Shown here: positions 39,480 through 53,005 of the stretch, piece after piece
Numbering within the stretch: position 1 is the first letter of the stretch
Layout of the letters: each line of letters opens with the position of its first letter
Assembly (NCBI GenBank): GCA_002633005.1
Contig: NMRA01000232.1
Coordinates: 233,232-297,231, forward strand
DNA length: 64,000 nt
Origin: Phoronis australis
Taxonomy: Eukaryota; Animalia; Phoronida
Reading direction: 5' to 3'
Notes under the pieces: generated by a model
The model's database searches: none
The model's input: the letters and a program-made list of their open reading frames with translations, nothing else
Told to the model about the DNA's origin: nothing
Program-made: the position numbers and the translations under genes

Positions 39480-42400
39480 CAGTTCATAACTATGTTAGAA
39501 ACTAAGCGCTTGATGCTGGAGCTTGAATGAATCTGAAGTTCATTTTCGGGCTTTTTGAGTGCCGGGGGTGTCTACTGGTCTTGAAAAAAGGTGTCTAGTG
39601 CAACTTCGGTATCGGCCGATGACGCTGAGGTCCGAGCGAAACACATGCCACACTAGATTATTTTTGCCTTGGTTTGACATCGAGAAAATAAACGACTACT
39701 CATCCTATGGTTCCGAGTTATTAATAACCGCCTCGTCGGATGGGCACGATCCCTCTCAACTTCCTATCAGAATTCCAACGACCTGTCGGCGTGTGTCAGA
39801 GTGCCATGCACCGTCCTGGCGCACGCCATACGCGTGCGCAACATATGGTAAACATTAGCTAAGATAAACGAAATCCGACTCTCGCAACCTCCGGAGCGAA
39901 AACTGAGAAGCCACAAGTGTTTCGCCGTAAATTACCTCCTCGTCTGAAGAACTGATATAAACACTCACGCTGCCCATTCAATATACCAAAGAAATTCGCA
40001 TTTCTTGTCGCGTATTTAAACGTTCATGCATCAAATTAGTCCACGCTTGTTACTTGGCGATTTGTTTTGTTGGTGAATTATAAAGGATGTTGGGACTAAA
40101 TTGAAATTAAAATACGAATGCCCATCAGTGTCAATGGCGTTTGTGAATACATCTGAATACATCATTCAGCCTGTAGGAAAGGGGATCACGTTAATGTACG
40201 AATGGACAACAAAATGTTGTACGAGATGCTTATAAAACAATCGAAGCTTTCCTCAAAACGGTGGACGAGAGGCACTGTGGACGAGAGAGGTGGCAAAGGC
40301 TGTTAACGCAGACTATCGTCATTCATGTCACACAGCAACTTATCACCCCAGGTTACCACAAGCAACGCTGCCCATTTAAACGTCATCATATTGAATGTCA
40401 CGAGAAATGATCAACAGTTTTCTCTGTCGCAGTGAGACTGTCATCAGTGTCATGTCACGATTATTAAATGCAGGCGACTAAACGGCTTGCAGATTCCAAC
40501 TTTCTCGGTGTCACCCAGTTGCAGAAACAAAGTCCGTATACCCACTTAGCTAATTACGCAGTTTGCAGCTGTCTGATACGGAGGATTCTTCCACTGACTT
40601 CTCAACATCATTTTGTATGGCGTAATGTTCAGTTTAATTCGGTTTGAGAACAACCGTCTAGTAATGTTTATTGCTCACACACATTTCCAATAACACCACC
40701 ACGAAGGCAAAAGGTACAACTTAGGTATGTATTTAACCTAACAGTAACCCATTCACATGGGTGCTTATAATTTACTGGCAGACGTTCACTTGACTCAATA
40801 CGGCTGCACGGCGGTCTTCTTAGTCATCATGTAATTTGTAATTACCAATTTGTCTGGCAACTTTTGTCTGCAAAATTTGACAACAGAAGCATCGAATCGC
40901 GAGCACTCTCCCTGGTATAATTCTTGGTATCATCTACCATCAGTTTTCAAGTCTTGTCGTCTGTGCATCCGGGCATTTGACTTTCTAATTGCGCTCAAGT
41001 GACACCCACCCGCCACAAACAGCAATTTCGATGCGGATTATAACTATATTATTATATCGTGTTGTTTATACTTCATGTCGTTCGGTAATGACACGTCTTG
41101 ATACGTCGTCTCGTTAACGCTCGTTCGAAGTACGGACAGTATTCGATGTCAACACCGCCATTGTTTTCGCGAAAATTGTTTGACAGTTTGACTGGATTCG
41201 TCAGACGATGCACGGCGTTCAATAACATTCCCATGAGTCACTTGGCGTGGTGACGGCGGAAATGCGGGTGAGCACAAAACAGGAAAGTGTGAGATCAAGT
41301 TTGAAGACAATTACTTTAGAATAAGTTGATCCGTGCAGTCCGCTCTTCAATTGTGTTTTTACCATGATCGTTGTGAAAATTGTTAAGTCTTCACGAGTTT
41401 GTATCCAATCATACTGCCTTACAAATAATAGCGTTAAAATTCAGTTTATCTACAAGAACAAAAATTTTTCAAATTTTTATTAAAAGTTGGTGAACTTGCA
41501 CGAGTTCGATGTTTTCCAATCAAAGACGAGTTTCCGAATTCTCGTGACATTGAACAAGCGTTATAAATATTGTGTGTTATTCACTGGCAAGCGATTTATG
41601 CGCTTTGTGCACTAAATAGCCAACGTTAAATTGTTGAAACGCTGGCAAAGATCGTGTAAATATTTGAATGTGCCAACAACTTGACGTTCGGGTGAAACAA
41701 CTGCTAGCAACATCCATTGTTCAGAAAACGGTTTGTTCTGGCCGAGGCTTCCCGAATTCACCCTGTGAAACGCCGTTCAACTACATGGAAAATGGTGAAG
41801 CTGTTAGCCCTTCGGCCATTCATTTTCGCACATCTTTTCAACCAAAGTTAAAAAGTATAGATGAGGCCAAAAAGTATAGTTGCTTTTGATCTCTGCTTTT
41901 TGAAAATCAAATCGACGGTGTGATATTTTTCAATTGCTCACTTTTTCAAAAAAATCCACCTGAGGGAAACAAAGCGATGCTTTATTTGTGTTTATTTTTA
42001 CGCACCGCTTGGTAAATCATAGCGTTTCAAACCTTGCTTACGTGCCTTTGAGCAGCTTTTCAAGAAAACACCAGATCTCTGAAATTGATGCGGGCTGGCA
42101 TTTGTTAGTGGGTGAGCGCAGGTCTCGAAATGAGTCAGTGTAGAGAACATACTTTTAAGCCTTTAATAACAAAGACCCTTCCGTATGTCTTTGCTGCTAG
42201 AAAAAGGGACCTTTTGTAGAACATCGACCTCTCGGCAGGAATTAACTTGGTCAAGAAAAGGCTCCCCGTCAAAATGAATTTTGTCTGAAAACTGCCCTTT
42301 CGTAAGAAAACTGTTCGTGAAAATGTCACTCCCCTGAGCGGCACGTCCCGTTTACGCTTTCTATCAAAATATCCCTGCCCCCATTCCCAGTCCAGCTTTT

Positions 42401-45319
42401 GAGCTTCATAACCACTTTTGCAAAACATACTTCACCACAAAATTATATTCTTTTGCATTTTCCGTACGTACCCGTCACGCTTTTCCAAATACAAAAATGC
42501 ATGGCACTGCATATTTATAGGACAGTAGTCAAAAATGCTGTTTTTCAAGTTGGAGGTAATACTATTGGAAATAATCGGGATCAGTTCATTTCTACGCCGT
42601 ATAGTGTCCTTGCGATATTGCCACAGTTATTTTTCCAAGGCTTTTTTTGTGTACAGGAATGTCACACAAGGTCTGCGTAGATGCGTCGAGTGCTGGGTAC
42701 TGGGTAAGCCAAGGTTTCGCAGCCCTGCTCTGGCCTACGAGGCAACATGGGGGGCGCATACAGGGGATACAGGGTGTCTGGACACCTTTTGTTCAAAGCT
42801 GCAAACAAAAAGCACGGGAATGCAGACGATTTCATTAGACCGCTATGCGCAGAGATCACGACACTAAATTTCATTACCCGTTTTATACCCATTGTTTGTG
42901 ATATGTAATTAGAAACTCATCGTTTTACTGAAACATCTCCTTCCGTAGAAAGCTTGATACGCCATTGGGACGCGTAATAGTATGTCAGATGCACGACATA
43001 AATTACTATGTCTAATTTTTGCGCATTTTTCTCGTAATTTGATGTCTATGCAACACGCTACTGTACACCATGTCTACGCTACCCTACGAAAGTCCGACGA
43101 AAGCTCCTTACTACATGCACAACCGGACTTCGCAGGGACGACGGCATTCCTGCGCACAGAAATATTTTTTCATGTGTGTGCAGCCTAATTTCGGCGTACT
43201 CGCGGGCCCACTTAACATATGACGTCGTGTGAATCTTACTGTAACAACACGTTAACATGTAGGCTATATCCTAGAATGAAATTCTGCCATCTTCAGAATT
43301 TTTTTTAATTCAACTTTAAATTTTATTTTAGTCGACAAAACTTGTTTGCCGTTTTACAGTCAGCGATAAAAGCCAATGCTGAACGAGAATTGGTGACATC
43401 ATTGACCACGTGACGTCTCCTAATGACTCATTTTCACACCTGCGCTGATTACACACCTTCGTGTCCTGATTATACACACCTTACGGGAAGTACCTACCTG
43501 TTGAATACCGAGTTATTAAAGTAATGGAATTTAAATCCCATCCTAATGCTGGTTTGTTCTTTGTTAACGAAATGTGCTGTTATTATTCAGTATTCGAGGA
43601 ATTTTCACAGTCAGTCGGTGAGGTACAATTAACATTGTCATAAAATCGATTTTTGCCATGTCGGCGTTTCCGGATCAAGATGTTTTCAGACGAGTTTTCA
43701 AAAATGAAATGAGAGTGGCTAATAACTCAATCCCTCTATTTCAAAAAGCCTCACTATATGCAAAAATGTCAGATTAGGCAATCAAATTGAAATTTTTGTT
43801 AGGGAAATTTAATGTGTTTAACCATTGTTTTAAGTTGCCGAGATACAACAAGTCTGGATAATTAACTTTGGCCTTGTGTTGCCTTGTTGTATGACAACAC
43901 TTCAGACGGTAAAGTTCTCACTTCTGGGAAATACTGACACGTGCACGCCACAGGCCAGAGTTGGTCGCGCGAGTTACGCGCAATGCCGATGGAGACATTG
44001 AGGCTGGTCTTCTGGCGACCAGAGAACGTTCCACAATGGTTACAAACGGATCTGATAGCCAAAAGGTCGTGGGAAGTATAAACATCTTTCGGTTGTTTTA
44101 TTTTTGAATATGTCTTCTGACAATTAACCGCTCAATATGTTTACAATTTTGAATTCCTATATGTCTTTCATCGGTCGCGTTTTCTGCCAGATCTGGTGTT
44201 AAAGGTTGCCGTACAGTAAACTTTCCCATGAAAAGTTGACATCACGTGGTCATGTTTCGTTCGGTCTGTTGAAATTCCACTTGAAAACACTTTGCTTGTA
44301 TCCACGAGTTCTGCTTGACACTGTGTTGTAAACACTAGCAGGGGAAACGGCGGATCAATAGCATGTTAAATAAGGGTGACTAATCTCCATCTCTGCCCTG
44401 AAAAACGGACTGGTAAATCCATCTGCCAGTTATCTGGCCGCTGGATGAACGGCAAAAAGGATTGCGAGACCTTGATTTCGATACATCATTTTCAGTATTT
44501 ATCAATCCTTTCTTGTTTGGATTAAATGAAACGGCATTATCTGTATTCAGTTGCCTTTGACGCACTTGTATTTGGTAAATCACGCAGTCATGTTAAAAAA
44601 AATATCGAACGTTTTTAAATTCATCACCTGCGACTTCATGTAAAAATTCGCGGTGACGCAAGCTCACGTGCGGCCACATCCAATCATCTTACAATGCTCA
44701 CACACGACAATTCCATCGTTCTTCCGTGAATTTATGAGTAAACATGGCAGAAAAACAGGCTTGGAGTGATAAGCGTAAACATTTGCAACAAAAACACCTT
44801 TCCCGCCATTCCGTTACACGAATCACTTTTACATATCTCAGTTTCACACTTCTTAAAATATGTTCCAAGACAATTTGCTTTTGATATTGTTTGTGGACAT
44901 AGGAGTACATAGACGGAGCCTAAGTGATCATAACTGGTTCCTCTCTATCTCCTAGCAACACGATCAAGCGGCCTGTTATGTGGAAGTTTGCAAAAAAAGG
45001 AATATTCACCCCAGGACTTGTATAGCACTTACGCCAAGCATGCCCGGTGGACGCCAGGAGTTTCGAACTTTTCTCTGCGGTTTACAAGTGGGTGACACGT
45101 GGTCGGCCGCAGTCGACTCAAACGCAGGGATGACATCAGAAGCCAACAAGCCGTCGCGCCGAGTTCACAGGCTTTCTTATCGAAGCCGTGATTGAAATCT
45201 CACCCCTTATCGACTACTCGAGTGGGAATTAAAATTTGAACGTCCCATCGATATAATGGAACGCGAAGGCCAGATGTGTCGTCGGTCAATCAATTTCGAG
45301 CCAGATTTAATTCGTAGGA

Positions 45320-45710
45320 CTTTCCCACGAGTTCGGCTCTCGGCTACAACCAATAATAACTCCCCAACAAAGCCTACGCTTGTTGCGCGCCAATGCTCGG
45401 GCTATTGTGCATTGGTATTTCTTATCTCTGCCTTTGTTTACATAACAATCTTGATATTAAGTTGGGGTGCAGTGGGCGGAGATTTCCCACAGCCGACCAG
45501 AGCTCTTAAACAATAGGAGAGGCACGCGTCAGGTGTAACCCGCTGTCAGTTATTACCTGTCCCATACGCGACTGGCCAATCAAAACGCGGCTGATGGATT
45601 ACCTGTTGCCGAATCGTCGCTGATTGGATGAGTGTAAAAACATCTAGCGTGGGAACCAGTATCGCTATGTAAACCAAAGGCATGCGACTGATGACGGAGA
45701 GAGTATAAAT
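45320..45710 (+). promoter_or_regulatory. Proximal promoter of the HES gene with Su(H)/CSL sites, GC box, CCAAT boxes, class C site and TATA box
   Basis: TTCCCACG 45322-45329 (overlaps N-box CACGAG), GGGCGG next to TTCCCACA 45484-45491, CACGCG 45523-45528, CCAAT ~45576 and ATTGG ~45623, CGTGGGAA 45648-45655, TATAAA 45704-45709 about 95 nt before the ATG. Confidence 0.75.
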
Positions 45711-45800
45711 AACTTTACACAGATTCATACCGGCACACTTCTGATTTGAACCCGCATAGCTTTGCATAAGAAATCTTTCTCTTGGAATAATCTGTTCGTC

Positions 45801-47451
45801 ATGACTGCGGTTAGAGCTTGCTCCACGCTCGAGTGTTCGGCTTCTCAGGCTCGAAAGGTAACGAGAATTTCTGCACCTGTTGCATATGTTGTATGATAGT
45901 TTGCCAGTAATATGCAAGTTGTATTTGGGAATTACCCGTCCACTGGCTTTCATTTGTTTACATTTATTGGCGGGAAATCGCGTAATGGTGGTGGTTGCCT
46001 AACTTGAATGCTTCGTTGTAAACAGCAACACCAAATGACGTACGTTGTACTGAAACTGTGCCGCAATATATTAATAACTTGTATTCCTACTTAACAGAGT
46101 AACAAGCCACTGATGGAGAAAAGGAGACGAGCTAGGATAAATGAATGTCTTGGCGAGTTGAAACAGCTATTGATGGATTCGTTGAAAAAAGATGTAAGTA
46201 TAGACGTCATTGATGAACAATATTAACCTAAACGTACTTCACATAGTGCTAGAATCCATAACCAGTGCACTTTATTACTCAAGTCCTTTTTAGTTCATGA
46301 ATTCTCTAATTCTTACCTGTTGCAAATTCTGTACACAGGAGTAGATTGTTGATATTAATAACTGAATGCATCGGCTCATGGCTGCTTATTTATACTACAG
46401 GGTTCTGGCTACTCAAAGTTGGAGAAAGCCGACATCTTGGAGTTGACTGTGAAATACCTTCGCAACGTTCAAAGACAGCAAGTTTCCGGTAGGTATCTGG
46501 TTACAGATTACTCATTGTCTAATTCAACGCGATACCGTGGGAGAGTTTAATTGCTAAGCACAAGTGTTTCACTTCAGTACTACCACTGGAATGTTATCCA
46601 CACCATTTATTCTTTTGTTTATTTTAACTCGAGTTCTCTGATCATTTTCCCACTGGCTCTTCTAAACTGGCCGGCTGTCGACTCGTGCCCGCTGTGCATA
46701 CACGTGGCGCTAATACAGACGACTTATTTGATATAATTTAATTGAGTTTATTAGTCACGTGTCTGTCCGATTTGCTCATGTCATCGAAACTTATGTTTTT
46801 TCTTTCATTTCAGCTGCTGCCGGAGCAGATGCCAATGTTATGTCGAAGTACAGAGCTGGTTTCAATGAATGTGCGCAAGAGGTCGCACGCTTCGTGCAAA
46901 CCCAAAGCGTCGACTCTCGCGTGCGCACACAGCTTATCGACCATCTAGCCAAGAACGTCCGCGCCGTCAACCAAATGTCACAGCAACCACAGAATTCGCA
47001 CTGCATGCAGCCGATCCAGATTCAGATCCCCACTGTCTCCACGGCCAATACAACTATCCCTCTGAACGCTGGACTATTACAAGCAGCCCCCGTTAATATG
47101 GGTGCATCAACCACCATTCTCACACCACCTTCGTCTGCCAATTCGTCACCGGAGCCGCCAAAAATCTGCGGAAAATTCCAGATCATCCCCAATGCTGCTT
47201 CCGGTAACGTGGCGTTTATCCTCCCAAGTCAATTCATTTCCAGTGGACAATCGCCAGTTTTCGTTACTAATGGACAAACATCCACACAGGCTATCCCAGT
47301 TTACGCAACGGTTACGCCCTCTAACAGTCCATCAAGCACGTGCTCTCCACAACAATCCACCCCTGCAACAAGCTACAACTTTGATTTTAACTCCCCCAAG
47401 AAGAACGAGTCTTCACCAAAAACCCACAGTCCAGTTTGGAGGCCGTGGTAA
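45801..47451 (+). CDS. HES1: Hairy/HES1-like bHLH-Orange transcriptional repressor, 292 aa; exons 45801-45857, 46098-46193, 46401-46488, 46814-47451
   Basis: Basic region [20 protein letters not shown] with the HES proline; helix 2 [15 protein letters not shown]; Orange [16 protein letters not shown]...LIDHL; HC-like [16 protein letters not shown]; terminal WRPW*. Typical 4-exon hairy layout. The symbol denotes the subfamily, not strict orthology. Confidence 0.95.
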
Positions 47452-47603
47452 AAAGATATTGGACTCTTTTTGTTCTAAGTTGTGTTTGTTTTTTGCTGGT
47501 TGAAAAATTAATTGCAACGATTTGTGTAATCCTGCGGTGCAGTGACTTAAAATGTACAGCCGTGAAGTTTGTATTTATTTTTGTATTTCTTGTTTTTTGA
47601 AAG

Positions 47604-47610
47604 AATTAAA
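47604..47610 (+). terminator. Candidate HES polyadenylation signal (short AU-rich 3' UTR)
   Basis: ATTAAA ~155 nt after the stop, preceded by TATTTAT and followed by T/GT-rich sequence. Confidence 0.45.
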
Positions 47611-47784
47611 ACTGTTAAACTTGCATCATCTTGTTTTTGTGGTAATTGAGGTAGGTTTGAAACTGTAGCCACATGTGTACTTGGACACTGCAATGGCTCA
47701 TCTGTTAAAAACTGTGTGCAAGAAAAGTCGCACAATTTCATGAACATGAAAACAACTGCTTTCACCACAACATGGCAGATTCAG

Positions 47785-47856
47785 CAGTGGCAGACTTAGA
47801 AGGGGGCCATGCCCCNCCCCCCCCCCCCCCCTAAAATTCTAGATTCCATTTGGCGA
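47785..47856 (-). mobile_element. Partial MITE family A end downstream of HES
   Basis: CAGTGGCAGACTTAGAAGGGGGCCATG..poly-C..AGATTCCATTTGGC matches the copy at 26987. Confidence 0.6.
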
Positions 47857-50800
47857 TGCCTGCTTTCAAAACACCACCAACGTCTAACTACATTAAACAA
47901 AACCACGATTTTGACCCCCGAAACGGTTTTAAAGTTTCTAGAAATGAAATTTTGTGTCTCGCTAGTTTTAACTGCTGAGTTGGACAGACATGAACACCCC
48001 AGGGTAGGTGCTGTCACACTGACAGCGTGGCTCCTGTGTCTGTGAGTCCCACTGTCAGTGATGTACCTTACTGTTTGATGAACAGTTCGCTGACATGCCT
48101 TGTATCGTCGACACTAGTTGTTCTGTGTTGAACCAGGTTTTTTATCACGTTTATATATATATTTTTTTTTGTCTTTTTCCTTTCAAAATATGGCGCATCA
48201 CCGTTCCCAGCGCTGAGCGGAGAAAGGTACACTTGCTTAACATGACACCTAGCGTCAATGAGTAGAACAAAACCAGCGAGCGTGGTCACCCCGCATTGAA
48301 TACCGTGACAAAGCCATAAAGGTTCCCCAGTCAAGAGTACTTTCTGTAGTTTTATCAGAGGTTATTGAGGAATCCCTTTGCGCCGCCGTGATAGGGGGAT
48401 ATGTTGACTGGAGACCCGTATCTATGTTCCTCGATATTTGAAGAACGCAGACAGTCCCATTTTTTTCTCCACTAGGTTAGCTACAGTATTCAGAATAACT
48501 GTATAAGGTTCGTTAGAATACTGGGTTAGGGTTAGACCCAGGATTGTTTCATTGGACTATATTGTAATGACGTTACAACTGTAGGCTAGCCAAAGGCGGA
48601 AAATCTCTTGTTGACCCTCTCCTGTGAAATTTCAAATTCACACTTTGTCCCGAATTGTGGCTGTGACAGTCTCTTACGTTAAGTTGGCGTCTCGACTGAT
48701 ATTTTTAAAGCTGTGTTTTACTACGGTTATGAGTCTGAATGGCTGGATTTCAGTTTCGTACCAACTCAAGTCGATGTGTACAAGCGCAATTTTAAAGTTT
48801 GCCAACCACAATAAACTCTGAAGCGTATTTTGAGTCGTTGATGGATTCGATGTTCTTGCTGATACTGTAACGGAAATAGAACCCTATCATAGCAGGGAAT
48901 GTTATTCAATTCATTTTATGAGAGTATATTACGTAATTTGATTTTCGTTTTTAGTCAGGTAAACAAGGCGAAGTACCATCCCTAAATTACCAGTATAGAT
49001 ATGGGAAATTAATTTTAGCCTTTACGCGGATTTAAGGGAGCAAAGTGGTCCTTTCCCCTTCGGCAAAACGACGTAAATATGATGTTGAATTTTTATCGAT
49101 TGTTATCGAAACTTTCTACAGTATTACGTTTCCTATAACAGACTGAATTATACTTTTGAATTGTACCGTCTCGAACTGAAATAAACGCAGTAAAAAATAT
49201 CGTTTGTAGAGCAATCGCTAAAATTGTTGTATAGCCGCTGTGATATCCTAGAATAGTGCTACTTATGGGAAGTTACTTGCCGTTGTAGATTGAAAGTAAT
49301 TTATTTACACAATACCAAGGAATCAGCGTGTCCCTTTGGGTGAGAGTAACTTGTTAATCCGGTGACAGTTAAGGCTGCATTCAACCAGTGGTTTTGTCAA
49401 CTAGTTGATTTTAACCACTACGGTTATAAAATCAGTCTTATCTTGTTGCTTACTAAATTTATAAATGATTTCTGGGCTCGCGGGAAGAAAGGTCAGAAAT
49501 CATATTTTAATTCTTAGAGACCAGTTGTATACCGACAAGTTGCCTAATATAAAAACTTTTTGATAGACCAGCACGGATTTAATGTCGCTTTAAATCGGTA
49601 ATGATTAACCCTGGGTCTCTCGTAGAAGAATCTTAACTTTTGGTTTAGACCACTTGCCTCTATAGATTGGTCTCTCTGGTCATTATTCAGATGAGGAGTG
49701 ATTTTTGGTCTTCCAAAGAAGTAGCAACTCGTCGAATAAAATGACACGCCTTGACAAGCTAACGCGTGGGAACCTGGTCTTTAAACAATAACGAGTGCAT
49801 TCTTTACAAGCCAGAAATCACATCAAATTTAAGAGACAATTTGAGACCAAGTCAAAAAAATGTGGCGGAGAATGAGTTTATAGCCTCTTTTATGCATTTC
49901 CCTACAAATCGACCCACTTAGCACAATAAGCCACGGATGAGGCTGGATAGACATGTTGGTAAAATTGTGTCAATAAGTTGGATAGAAATCACAATTTTTC
50001 AGTATTTGCGCATTATCCTATAGTTATATTGCGCCCTTCGTGGATTGTCTGGCGCCCAAGTGCGTATCTGCGTGTATAGGAGAGGGTGGTATTACCAAAG
50101 ACATCTGTCTGCGTGTCCGACACGTGCTTTACCGTTATCGAGGATGTAGACCACGGACCTATTGCCACCAGACTTGACACAGGTACTCATGTCAAGCTAA
50201 TCCTGTCGACTATTTTTATTAAGTTCTATACAAGATTTCAAGTCTCCATAGTCTAGTAGATGGAAATACACCAGAAAAACATTTATTTCAATCCAACGAT
50301 AATAGGCTTTTGCGTTAAACGGCGAAACGTCGCTATTGGAGAAATTTTACAATTCCCCATACAATACGAATTCTATTCATACAACGTAAGGCGGGATTTG
50401 TGCATTGTAATTTTCATTTTCAATTTCGATTACCAGTCTTTCTGCAGTTAAGACGAAATCATATTAATCGGGTATTAATATTTTTATGTAACGAGTCTTT
50501 ATTCGAAGGAATTTAAATGTTATCAGCGCGTTTTCTGCTGCACGCATCGGAGGGGCTCATGTTCATACGTACAATAGTAGTATAGGTAACGCTAGTGTCA
50601 GCCTGCCCAAATTATCAAAAGTAGAAATCATCGTCCAGTGTGTGCTCAGCAAAGAGAATGGTTTATTAATTATCCTAATACTTGACTTGTTCTGTTGTCT
50701 TGAATCTACGCCAGTCCGAGAATTCGCGACTCAGCTTTTGTGATAGGCTTTCCCGTGGTTGTAACAAAAGACCTAGGCTAAAGGGGCCTTGTTCAGTTGT

Positions 50801-51902
50801 CGAGTTAGTCACAAATTGCCGAAACTATTGGCGACATTACGACATCGTTAATTTTAATTGGTTTTGTTTCCCCATATGTGCACAGTTTCGAGCAAATTTT
50901 GGCGCTTGTTAATTATGAGAAAGTGAACAGCAATTTACCATCACGACGTGTAGTAATGGTCACACAATAGATGTTAAGTACCACGACAAATATCCTAAAT
51001 CGGTTCTCAATCGTTTTGGTGGTGAAGTTGTCAACCCTTAACTGTGTAGAAATTTGCCAATTGTCACCATTTGAGCACCATTCGTTGGGCTTTTCGTTAT
51101 TTGTTATCCGTTTGATTTGAGCTCATTTCCTGAAGGGAAACAATAAACGGGCAGTTTTGTACGATGCGTTTTCTCCTCTGCTCACAGTTTTCGTGAATGT
51201 GTTGAATGTCGTTCAGAGTCTACTGAGAAGTCATTCTTGTTACGATGCATTTACAGTAACTGTTATTCTTCCTCATTGTCCTGATTTTGCTTGGAATGTT
51301 GTCATTTGTATTCGTGTAAACACAATTATGTAATTAAATGGGAAAATCGTTTAAATATTGCATAATCAGAAGAATGGCGGCGTAATAGTAATGTATTGGC
51401 ATTTAATTTTAGTGACGATACAAAATTGAAGTGATTTCCTATAAGATTTTGTTCACAGACTGGCTTATTAGTGTTAAAAATTCACATTTGTAATAATCAA
51501 TCTGGTTTCCACATGGGTCTTGTACAAAGGAGAGATAACCGATACATAGACCTACACGAACTCCAAATTTTAACATTCTATCATTTCCACCAAATTCATT
51601 GGCAAATTATACGAAAATGAGCAACTTTAAACGTGCGAATTTTTTACACGTGAGATGTAAACTCATGGATAAGGTAGAAAAGTTTAAAGTAAAATAGCCA
51701 GGTGAAAATAGGCCTACTCACGAAGCATTTCTTTCAAGCTCATACATATGGCAGGACTCCGCATTGACTAAGTTTAAGTTTTAAATTATGCCGCCTGACG
51801 CGACAGGCATTCGAAAATTCGAGACTTAGCGAGGAATTCGATCATTTTGTTAGTCGAACTGAAGACACATCATGAGCTTAATCAAAAACAATTCCTGCCT
51901 CC

Positions 51903-52042
51903 CGTTCAGTAACACTAGGACCTCGCTAAAAAGCAAGACTTCGCGAGATTACGTGATATGTTGCTGTGTATTTTAAATGAGATCACGTGACTTTGGCTAG
52001 TTTTTAGCTAGGTCCTAGCGTAGGTCCTAGCGTTACTGAACG
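51903..52042. mobile_element. 140-bp palindromic MITE
   Basis: TIR CGTTCAGTAACACTAGGACCT / AGGTCCTAGCGTTACTGAACG, with a local duplication of TAGGTCCTAGCG. Confidence 0.7.
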
Positions 52043-52774
52043 CACGCCTGGTTTGCGCTTAAAATCAATCAAGATTAAGCATGAATATCAACCTTTTTCT
52101 GGAAGACCAGAGAGGAATTTTCAGTGATGGAAGCCTCCCAAGCTGTATACCTGAGCGACCTCCGTCGGCATTTCTGGAAATGTTCAATCCCTCTCGTCTA
52201 GCTCCAGCGTTCGATTTCATTCCCGAGTGCTTATTCTAGAGCGGTTACTCCACTAAAGTGCTCCATTCTCATAAACGTCAGAAGAAGCACGCCTTGAGTC
52301 TTTACGCAGGCTTTGATTAGCACCACGCGCCGTCCACTTCAACCGTTTTCACCGACAGTCTTTAGCACCGAAACAACTGGTGAGGTCGCGGCCTCGACTT
52401 CAGACCTGAAACCCTTGTGAGGAATCGTCGACTGCATTAAAATCACAAAAATAGATTTTACTTTTTATAGCTATGGCCAAAGGTAATATAACCCAATCCG
52501 AAAAATCACCCCAAAACGTTTTTCGGCGTAAAACCGATAAAGCCCGGCCTTGCAACGCCTTCATCTGAAAAACAGCTGTTTTGGCGGTTGAAACACTTTT
52601 TTAATAGGACGAGTAAGTGTCCCAATTACACATGGTGAAAGACTGAACCTAAGGGAGTTCTTTATTTGCTCCGTTGACCTGTCATGATTTATTCTAGTTT
52701 GAATTTTGCGATGTCTGCGTTGCGTGGGTCGTTAACATGAAATGTTTTCGGTGTCCGTGTATGCAAACATGGGA

Positions 52775-53005
52775 CAACGAGTGGGATATTTATACCAGTA
52801 TCACTGGAATGGATCATGAGTAGGTATTAGTGTCAGTGCGTAGAAGGGGCCACGAGTATGATCTTGGTATCAGCGGCCTGGTGGACGGGGCCACGAATGG
52901 GATATCAATATCAGTCAGTTTGACAAGAGTTGGATATCACTGTCAGGTCCTGTGGAAAGAATCTATTAGTAACTACCAGTATCCGTGAAAGGAGTCACAA
53001 GTATG
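52775..53005. repeat. Degenerate minisatellite (~35-38-bp unit)
   Basis: Recurrent GGGCCACGAGT(A/G)GGATAT..TATCAG-like motif about six times. Confidence 0.5.

Noticed and set aside
39595-39660. Hammerhead-like CCGATGA-CGCT..AGC-GAAAC
   Set aside because: Two core positions deviate and stem I does not pair next to the core.
45546-45953. 135-aa antisense ORF across HES exon 1 and promoter
   Set aside because: No motif; explained by the overlap with GC-richer promoter and exon sequence.
52512-52580. Minus-strand CAGATGA-AGGCG..CGCC-GAAA hammerhead-like motif
   Set aside because: Core U replaced by A, and there is no valid NUH cleavage triplet or stem I.
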